Assembly (NCBI GenBank): GCA_964553615.1
Contig: CAZKMA010000001.1
Location: forward strand, 14,209-78,208
Origin: an uncultured Spirochaetales bacterium
GTDB lineage: Bacteria; Spirochaetota; Spirochaetia; DSM-27196; DATKUC01
DNA length: 64,000 bases
Direction of reading: 5' to 3'
The notes beneath the pieces are model-generated. The model had not been told where the DNA came from. It saw only the letters and a program-made list of their open reading frames with translations, and made no database searches. The position numbers and the translations under genes were made by a program. The stretch's first letter is position 1. Every line of letters starts with the position of its first letter. This document shows, one piece after another, positions 38,659-45,930 of the stretch.

Positions 38659-40608
38659 ATGATAGGTCTGGATGAACTGCAAAGTTTCATGAAGAAGCAG
38701 GCTGAAGAAGATCGGAAACAGAGTTTTGTCAATGTTTCCGGCGAAAGTCTGCAGGATGCACTCCGACAGGCGTCAATAGAGCTTGGCATGCCGGTGAAGA
38801 ATATCGAGTACGAAGTTCTCGAGAACGGATCGAAGGGATTCCTCGGCACCGGAAAGAAACCATGCATCATTCTGGCGTATCCTGCAAAACAGACCGCTTC
38901 AAAGGATAACGAGTTCATCGATGACCTGGAATTCGCAATGCCGGAAAGCGGAGAAGCACAGAATCCAAACAGCGACGGTGAGGTGTTCGTACGTCTTTCT
39001 CCGCAGGGCGTGCTCCTGAAGGTCACTGCCCCGAGGGGGAGTGGCGCTCGGGTAACAGAGCGCCAGGCGGTGGAGCGATTGGCCGCACGGACCGGCGAAT
39101 CGATCGATCGGGGAATAGTAGCACGTCTGGTCAAGCGCGCGACCGGAGAGTTCGTCCGGGTCGGAGATTTTGACCACAACCCATCGAACGATGCCATCCT
39201 GTCACTCGAGATCGCCGACATGGAAATGAAGGCTTTCCTCACCGCGCTGCCTCCGGGGCCCGGAGGCGCAGATCCGTCGTTCGAGGCTCTTCAGGAGTTC
39301 ATACAGCAAAACGGAGTAAGTGAGGGCGTAAAGGAAGATGTCCTTGCACGGTTCTCGGATGCGCCCCAGTACAAACTGCCCGTTCTGGTTGCCGAAGGCT
39401 TATCCCCGACGAATGGTGAAGATGCCCGGATTGTGTATAACTTTGAGACTGATCCCACCAAGATCCGGCTCAAGGAAACAAATGGCCGGGTGGATTTCAA
39501 GGAGCTCAATCTGGTTCAGAACGTTGTTGAAGGACAGGTTCTGGCGCGGAAGATTGCTGCCCAGCGCGGGGAAGCCGGCCGAACGGTAACCGGGAAGCTG
39601 CTACCGGCCCGGGACGGCAAAAATGTCGATCTGGATGTAGGCAAGAACATCATTCTCTCAGATGACAAGATGACCGCTGTTGCGGAGATGAATGGGCAGG
39701 TCATTCTCTCAGGAGACCGCATTCACGTGGAGCCGGTATACACGGTGACCGGAGACGTAAACCTGAAGACGGGGAATATCCTTTTCCTCGGAACCGTCGT
39801 TGTGACCGGGAACGTCGAGGATGGATTTTCGGTCAAGGCCGCCGGCAATATTGAAGTGATGGGAAGTGTCGGCAAAGGGGATCTGGATGCCGAAGGGGAC
39901 ATCATTGTGCATCGTGGCATAACGGGCAAGTCCACCGGCTCCGTAAAGTGCGGGAAGAGCGTCTGGTCGAAATTCATCGAGAATGCTCGGGTGGAAGCCG
40001 GTGAATTGGTCGTGGTGAGTGATGGCATAATAAACTCCGAAGTGTACGCCAATCGGAGAATAATATGTAAGGGCAAGCGCGCGGCTATTGTCGGCGGCAG
40101 GACACGCGCATCCGAGGAGATTAATGCAAAGATCCTGGGCTCCGTGGCGGGAATGGAGACAGTCCTGGAGGTGGGGTACGATCCGAAGGGTCGCGAACAT
40201 CTTGCGGACCTTATTCGACGCGACGGAGAGATTACCACCGAACAGGGTGATATTCAATTGAACATGAAGACGCTGGAAAATCAGCTTCGGGCCAGGAAAC
40301 AGCTTCCGAAGGAACGTATTTCGGCATACAATGATATGAAGCAGCGAAAAATAACGCTCCTGGGCGAGCAGAAGCGGGTGCGGGAGGAAATCACCGAGCT
40401 TCAGAGCTACCTCAGTCAGCTGAAGGTGCAGGGTAAGATTTCCGCCTCCGGTGCGGTATATCCGGGCGTAAAAATAAACATCAAGGACGCATACCTCGAA
40501 GTGCGAAACGATTTCAAGGGTGTTACGTTCCTTTCTGAAGGTGGGACGGTAAAGGTTACCAAATACGAAGAGTCTGACGAAGATATCAGTATGAACAGGA
40601 GGGAATGA
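38659..40608 (+). CDS. FapA-family (DUF342) flagellar assembly-type protein with a Jag_N-like N-terminal domain
   Basis: N-terminus resembles Jag_N (LQDALRQASIELGMPVKNIEYEVLENGSKGFLGTGKKP). DUF342 hallmarks present (ADMEMKAFLTALPP..., beta-helix repeats GNILFLGTVVVTGNVEDGFSVKAAGNIEVMGSV..., AAIVGGRTRASEEINAKILGS..ETVLEVGYDP) plus a C-terminal coiled coil. Confidence 0.8.
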   Translation: MIGLDELQSFMKKQAEEDRKQSFVNVSGESLQDALRQASIELGMPVKNIEYEVLENGSKGFLGTGKKPCIILAYPAKQTASKDNEFIDDLEFAMPESGEAQNPNSDGEVFVRLSPQGVLLKVTAPRGSGARVTERQAVERLAARTGESIDRGIVARLVKRATGEFVRVGDFDHNPSNDAILSLEIADMEMKAFLTALPPGPGGADPSFEALQEFIQQNGVSEGVKEDVLARFSDAPQYKLPVLVAEGLSPTNGEDARIVYNFETDPTKIRLKETNGRVDFKELNLVQNVVEGQVLARKIAAQRGEAGRTVTGKLLPARDGKNVDLDVGKNIILSDDKMTAVAEMNGQVILSGDRIHVEPVYTVTGDVNLKTGNILFLGTVVVTGNVEDGFSVKAAGNIEVMGSVGKGDLDAEGDIIVHRGITGKSTGSVKCGKSVWSKFIENARVEAGELVVVSDGIINSEVYANRRIICKGKRAAIVGGRTRASEEINAKILGSVAGMETVLEVGYDPKGREHLADLIRRDGEITTEQGDIQLNMKTLENQLRARKQLPKERISAYNDMKQRKITLLGEQKRVREEITELQSYLSQLKVQGKISASGAVYPGVKINIKDAYLEVRNDFKGVTFLSEGGTVKVTKYEESDEDISMNRRE

Positions 40609-40931
40609 TGGCAGTTCAGCCCATCGACCTGCAGACTCTTTTTGTTCGGCTTCAGCAGGTCGGACAGGACCAGGCGGCCCTGAAGGATTCCGTCACGCAG
40701 GCACAGGCGGTTGCCGGGCAGGAAATAGTCCAGAAGAGCGTTCAGCAGCAGTCCAGCGTTACCCAGACACCGGAACTGCAGGAAGGACTCGAAAAGGTAT
40801 CCGACGAAGAAGGACGAAAGGAGCCGCGCGAGCAGTCCCAGAAGCAGAAAGAGGAAGAAGAGGAAAAGAGAAGGAAGGCCAACGTCTTTCATGACCCCGA
40901 CCTGGGGCAGCATATCGATATCTCCGGGTAA
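40605..40931 (+). CDS. Small hypothetical protein (Q-rich N-half, E/K-rich C-half)
   Basis: 108-aa ORF with an ATGA overlap to the upstream gene. No family recognised by eye. Coding status is supported mainly by translational coupling and operon context. Confidence 0.5.
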   Translation: MMAVQPIDLQTLFVRLQQVGQDQAALKDSVTQAQAVAGQEIVQKSVQQQSSVTQTPELQEGLEKVSDEEGRKEPREQSQKQKEEEEEKRRKANVFHDPDLGQHIDISG

Positions 40932-40945
40932 CCATCCAGCGTCCT

Positions 40946-41527
40946 ATGTCAACACTACTGGCCGTACTGCTCAACATACTCATTGCTGCGATTCTATACA
41001 TTATCCTCACCAAAAGAATTGATACTCAGCTGAATCCGAAGGAGATGCTCGACAGAATTCGCAACGAAGTCGAGGATATTCTGAAAGAGCTGAATCATAC
41101 GACCGAACGGAATATTGGTCTTATTGAAGACCGCATTGACTCTCTGAAGGGTATCCTCGAGACCGCAGATCGCCGGTTGTCGTTGTTGCGCCGGGAGGCC
41201 GAGAAGCAGGAAGTCAGTTCGGCAATCTACAGTAATATCGTGAAGAAGGCACGCCCGATTGCGCAGGACGGCGGTTCGGTGGAGGCGCCTGCCGAGGTTC
41301 GTGGAGCAACAGACCCGGTTGAGGCATCCGGAGGAGAAGGGGCAGCGGCAAAGGCGGACGCGTCGCCTGAGCAGCGGCACGGCAAAAAACTGAGCATTCA
41401 GGAACAGGTGCTCGATCTGAACCGGAAGGGTATTTCCGCCAGCGTCATTGCCTCCCGTCTTGGCTCTACGATCGGCGAAGTTGAACTCATAATCTCGATA
41501 CAGGGCAATCGCGCTTCCGACCGCTGA
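40946..41527 (+). CDS. Hypothetical single-pass membrane protein with coiled coil and a C-terminal HTH-like segment
   Basis: N-terminal TM (LLAVLLNILIAAILYIIL), coiled coil (RIRNEVEDILKELNHTTERNIGLIEDRIDSLKGILE), and C-terminal LSIQEQVLDLNRKGISASVIASRLGSTIGEVELIISI. Confidence 0.55.
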   Translation: MSTLLAVLLNILIAAILYIILTKRIDTQLNPKEMLDRIRNEVEDILKELNHTTERNIGLIEDRIDSLKGILETADRRLSLLRREAEKQEVSSAIYSNIVKKARPIAQDGGSVEAPAEVRGATDPVEASGGEGAAAKADASPEQRHGKKLSIQEQVLDLNRKGISASVIASRLGSTIGEVELIISIQGNRASDR

Positions 41528-41561
41528 GCTTTCGGTCGGATCCAGAGAAAGGGAAACATCA

Positions 41562-43253
41562 GTGAAGGCAATCATCGGCATCGACCTTGGCACAACGAAC
41601 TCGGCAATTGCGTTCATGGACGGAGAAGAACCACGTGTCATCCCGAACGATCGTGGCAACCGGATAACGCCTTCGGTTGTTGCCATCAGCGAGTCCGGAG
41701 AGATTCTGGTAGGAGAATCTGCGAAGAATCAGGCAATTGTCAACGCACGTCATACAATATCTGCGGTCAAGCGCACCATGGGCAGTGCAACACGGTTCGA
41801 TATTCTGGGCAGATCATATTCACCCGAGGAGATAAGTTCGTTCATACTTCGAAAATTGAAACAGGACGCGGAGACGTATCTGGGTACGCGGGTTACCGAC
41901 GCCGTCATAACCGTTCCTGCCCATTTTTCCGAGATCCAGCGGAGAGCTACGCAGGAGGCGGGACGACTTGCAGGCCTTCGCGTCCAACGCATCTTGAACG
42001 AGCCAACGGCCGCTGCACTTGCCTATGCCTACAAGACGCCTGGTGACAGGAATATTCTGGTCTATGATCTTGGTGGAGGAACTTTCGACGTAACCTGTCT
42101 GCAAAAGAGTGGGAGCGTATTTTCCGTTCTCGCTACAGAGGGAGACAATCACCTCGGAGGCATAGACTTCGATGCCGCGCTGCGCGAACGAGTACTGGCT
42201 GAGTTTGAGGGAAACTCAGGAGTGAAAATCCGCGAGGAGCCGGTTCTCCTGCAGCAGCTTTCGGAATTGGTGGAACGCGCAAAGATCGAACTATCAACAC
42301 GCGAGTCGGCGCACATCGTAATGCCGTTTCTTGGCGGCGGAACGAATGGACGACCGGTACATCTGAGTTCGGCTATCAGTCGCTCGCTGTTCAATCAACT
42401 CATTGATGAGTCGGTGCAGCAGACGATCAGGTTGACAAAGACTGCCGTTCGCACCGCAGGATTCGGGCTTCGAGGAATAGACAGTCTGGTTCTGTCCGGA
42501 GGATCGAGCCGTATTCCGCTCGTTCACACGTATCTGAAACGCGCACTCAATCTCGATCGTGTAGCGCTCGTAAACCCCGATGAGATTGTTGCTATTGGTG
42601 CCGCAGTTCAGGCTTCGCTTCTGGGACAGAACGGCAAGACCGACGTCAATGACGTAACCGCATACAATCTCGGGGTGGAAATCGAAGGAGATCAATTCAT
42701 CACGGTTCTGTCCCGGAACACCGCAATCCCAGTCGAAATAGAGAAGACCTTCACCACCGTAACCGATCGTCAGGTATCGGTAGAAATTCACGTGTTGCAG
42801 GGCGATTCACCAACCGCATCACGAAATGTTTCTCTCGGACGTTTTCTCCTATCGGGAATTCGCGTGGGCGCACGCGGAGAGCCCCGGGTGAGTATTCGGT
42901 TCAGTGTAGATTCAGATGGTCTTGTGTGGGTGAGCGCCCGTGACGTTGAGACGGGGGCCGAACAGAAGATTACCGTGATTCCGGACGTAACCGGGGACCG
43001 GTCGCAGAAAGAAGCGGAGTTCGACGTCGCCGCCCGAGTGAGTGCTCTTGTGGATCGCGTCACATTGCTGTACGAGCAGGAACAGGGCAGGCTCGAAGCG
43101 TCGTTCAGCACGGAAATTCAGGATCTCGTTCAAACCGCCCGGGCAGCAATCGAAGCGAATGAGCTCCGTACCCTTCACGAGTGTCATCTCGCTCTCGAAA
43201 CAATAATCGGAGAGTTGCACATTGAACTCGGATCATCGGAGGTGTCTCAGTGA
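41562..43253 (+). CDS. Non-canonical Hsp70-family ATPase (short-lid, HscC/DnaK-1-like)
   Basis: IGIDLGTTNSAIAF, YDLGGGTFDVT and VLSGGSSRIPLV ATPase motifs. Interdomain linker DVNDVTAYNLGVEI. Beta-sandwich SBD present. Only 563 aa, with a truncated helical lid and no acidic tail. Confidence 0.88.
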   Translation: MKAIIGIDLGTTNSAIAFMDGEEPRVIPNDRGNRITPSVVAISESGEILVGESAKNQAIVNARHTISAVKRTMGSATRFDILGRSYSPEEISSFILRKLKQDAETYLGTRVTDAVITVPAHFSEIQRRATQEAGRLAGLRVQRILNEPTAAALAYAYKTPGDRNILVYDLGGGTFDVTCLQKSGSVFSVLATEGDNHLGGIDFDAALRERVLAEFEGNSGVKIREEPVLLQQLSELVERAKIELSTRESAHIVMPFLGGGTNGRPVHLSSAISRSLFNQLIDESVQQTIRLTKTAVRTAGFGLRGIDSLVLSGGSSRIPLVHTYLKRALNLDRVALVNPDEIVAIGAAVQASLLGQNGKTDVNDVTAYNLGVEIEGDQFITVLSRNTAIPVEIEKTFTTVTDRQVSVEIHVLQGDSPTASRNVSLGRFLLSGIRVGARGEPRVSIRFSVDSDGLVWVSARDVETGAEQKITVIPDVTGDRSQKEAEFDVAARVSALVDRVTLLYEQEQGRLEASFSTEIQDLVQTARAAIEANELRTLHECHLALETIIGELHIELGSSEVSQ

Positions 43254-43840
43254 CACTTCGGCAGATGTATACTACTCTTGGCTTGAGTGAAGGTGCCAAC
43301 ATATCCGAGGTGAAGAGAGCGTATCGCGATCTGGCAAAACGGTTGCATCCTGACGTGAGCGGATGGGACGGAACGCGCGAGGAGTTCGAACGGGTCAGTG
43401 TTGCGTATTGTGAGCTCTTGGAGCGGCTCTCGCGGGATATCGTACGGAACCGTTCCATGAACCTTGCCGATATCGGACGGCAGCTCGAGTTCGGGTCCTC
43501 CGAAACAATTCGTCTTGGTGCTGCCCGAATGCTTGGCCGATGCGGAAGGAAGGCGGCGTATCCGTATCTCCGAAAGGCATTGTACGATGAAAGCGAAGAT
43601 GTGGTGATTGCCGTTGTCCGCGCAATTGGTGCCTTGCGGATTGCTCAAGCGTCCGGTGAGCTTGCAGCGTTGTTTCTGCGGACTTCGCTTCGAGTGAAAG
43701 AGGAAATTATTGAGGTCGCCGAGACGATGGGTGACAAGCCTCAATTCCTGTCCCTGGCATTGACTGGAATGTCCGACGGCAATCGGACCATTCGCCGCAG
43801 ATGTGTTCGTCTCTATTCCAGACAGAAGAGGGCCGTATGA
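43250..43840 (+). CDS. J-domain protein fused to HEAT/PBS-lyase-like repeats
   Basis: J domain with intact HPD (MYTTLGLSEGANISEVKRAYRDLAKRLHPDVSG). No G/F or zinc-finger region. C-terminal HEAT-like repeats (IRLGAARMLGRCG..AYPYLRKALYDESEDVVIAVVRAIGAL). GTGA overlap with the Hsp70 gene. Confidence 0.8.
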   Translation: MTLRQMYTTLGLSEGANISEVKRAYRDLAKRLHPDVSGWDGTREEFERVSVAYCELLERLSRDIVRNRSMNLADIGRQLEFGSSETIRLGAARMLGRCGRKAAYPYLRKALYDESEDVVIAVVRAIGALRIAQASGELAALFLRTSLRVKEEIIEVAETMGDKPQFLSLALTGMSDGNRTIRRRCVRLYSRQKRAV

Positions 43841-45930
43841 ATGCGAAGCTAGAATCGAGGTTCCTGCGAGACGGATCCGGGATGATCGAGACCGTTGACT
43901 ATTCGGTGAACCAGCTCGAGGAACGTGGATTTGACAATGCACTCATCGAACAGGCGTTCCGGGCGGTTCATTCGCTTAAGTCCGAGAGTGCATTTCTCGG
44001 GTACAGTGATCTCGCTGACAACGCCGGACTTCTCGAGGAGCTTCTTGACCGCTGGAAGAAACGGAAAGCGGCACCACCCGATGCGGATGCGAAGCGGATC
44101 CTCGCAATACTGCAGACAATCAAAGGCCTGTTCCGCTCCATTGCGACGCATTCGGTAGAGAGCGGGGACGATAATCCATCGGGAAAATCGGGCAATTCCT
44201 CCGCCGCGCGTCCGGTCGCACCAAAAACGTCGGGCGATTCACCCGGGCGGCGTGTTCCCGCCGGCCGAGCTGCGGCCCACACGCAGAAATCTTCCGCCAT
44301 TCCCCGAGAAAAGGCGCCGAGAGCCGAAATGGACCCGGAGTTCGCAATACACCTGAATCCGTTCCAGAGACAGTTGCTTCGGGAGGCCCGTGGACGAATG
44401 GAACAGCTTTACCGGCTGGAATGCGAGGTGGATCCGTCAGAGCCTATGACCTATGCACGGCTGTATCTTGTCATCAGCAATCTCGAGCAGATCGTGCATG
44501 TCGTAAAGATGTACCCGAGCCTCGACGCAATACGGCAGGGTAAGAGTGCATTCCTGCAGGTCCTGCTGACAACGACACTTCCCGAAGAGAAGATCACGAA
44601 TGCCGTGAATGTTGATCAGATATCTCATGTGCAAGTCTCTCCGCTCGAATATGAGCCGATTCTCCGAAACTCAGCCGATGAGAGCGTTTCCGACCGTGCC
44701 GGGGCTCCCGGGGAGCGGTTGTTTTCGGTCAGCATGCCCGGACGTAAGTATGAAGAGTTGTGTTTGAATGCCGATGAAATCTACTCAAGACTGGGACAGG
44801 AGTGGACTGAACTCGAAAAGGCGCCAATTGAAAGCTCGATAAAGGCCCGAATCCAGTGGAATCTGCTGCTGGTGAATCGATTGGCGGCGTGGATGAGGAG
44901 CACTATTTCCAGCTTTTCCACTGCGCCGCTCACCGAAGTCTTTCAGGGGCTATCTTCTTTTGTCGAGGAATTGGGTCGGCAGCTCGGAAAGCAGGTTGTC
45001 CTGCGCGTACAGGGTGAACACGCAAGAGTATACCTGCCGGTATCCGACACGATAACCGATGTGCTGCTCCACCTTCTGCGAAACGCGATCGATCATGGTA
45101 TTGAAACGCCGGAGGTGCGCAGGCAGCGGCAGAAGCCTGCGCAAGGTACTATTCGGATATCGGTAACAAGCGGACCGGAAAAGCTGACAATACGAGTTGA
45201 GGACGATGGAAACGGAATACCGGAAGATTTGATTGCGGAAATGCAGCGGGGTTCAACGCAGGACAGTATTGCATCGATCGATGCCGAATCCTCCGGCCTG
45301 CGAGACATGCATCCCGACCAGAAAGCGGTGCGCGAACAGCGAGACCTTCTATCCATAATTTCGAGGGCTGGATTTACAACCCGATCGGAACCAACTGAAG
45401 TCTCAGGACGTGGGGTTGGTCTTGACGTAGTAAGCTACTCTGTCAGGAAGCTGCTTTGCGGTCGCATTGAGCTGCAGAACCGCCCGGGGAAGGGATGCGT
45501 GTTTTCGCTCGTACTGCCTGCCTCCACGAACCTCATTACCGTCCTCATTCTTCAGGCGCGAGGTGAGTATCTTGCTCTTCCGCGGGTGTTCATCTCCGAC
45601 ACCTTCGAACTTGATCGTCGATTTGTCTTCAATGACGAAAAAGACTCTACCTACTATCGCTATGGCGGAGAAAACGTACGATTGTATACGGTGTATGAAC
45701 ATTTCCCCGAAGCTCTATCTTTCGATCGAAAGAGAATGGGTGTTATTATCGAAATAGCCGGTGAACGCGGCGTAATTGTCTCCGATAGATTCGTATCTGA
45801 AGAGACTGTTGTCCACGATCGTTCCAGACGGAACGTAGTCTTTTCTCAGATACTCAACAAGGATGTACGCTTGTTCCTGCCGTCTCAGCTCCTCTCTGCG
45901 CTCAGTTTTCGGCGAGGAGAGTCACATTGA
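43837..45930 (+). CDS. cheA: CheA-family histidine kinase (Hpt, unassigned middle region, kinase core, CheW-like domain)
   Basis: Hpt motif FRAVHSLKSESAFLG (His45 from ATG 43837). N box HLLRNAIDHGIE, G1 DDGNGI, F GFTT, G2 SGRGVGLDVV. C-terminal CheW-like domain. ATGA overlap with the J-domain gene. Confidence 0.8.
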   Translation: MNAKLESRFLRDGSGMIETVDYSVNQLEERGFDNALIEQAFRAVHSLKSESAFLGYSDLADNAGLLEELLDRWKKRKAAPPDADAKRILAILQTIKGLFRSIATHSVESGDDNPSGKSGNSSAARPVAPKTSGDSPGRRVPAGRAAAHTQKSSAIPREKAPRAEMDPEFAIHLNPFQRQLLREARGRMEQLYRLECEVDPSEPMTYARLYLVISNLEQIVHVVKMYPSLDAIRQGKSAFLQVLLTTTLPEEKITNAVNVDQISHVQVSPLEYEPILRNSADESVSDRAGAPGERLFSVSMPGRKYEELCLNADEIYSRLGQEWTELEKAPIESSIKARIQWNLLLVNRLAAWMRSTISSFSTAPLTEVFQGLSSFVEELGRQLGKQVVLRVQGEHARVYLPVSDTITDVLLHLLRNAIDHGIETPEVRRQRQKPAQGTIRISVTSGPEKLTIRVEDDGNGIPEDLIAEMQRGSTQDSIASIDAESSGLRDMHPDQKAVREQRDLLSIISRAGFTTRSEPTEVSGRGVGLDVVSYSVRKLLCGRIELQNRPGKGCVFSLVLPASTNLITVLILQARGEYLALPRVFISDTFELDRRFVFNDEKDSTYYRYGGENVRLYTVYEHFPEALSFDRKRMGVIIEIAGERGVIVSDRFVSEETVVHDRSRRNVVFSQILNKDVRLFLPSQLLSALSFRRGESH

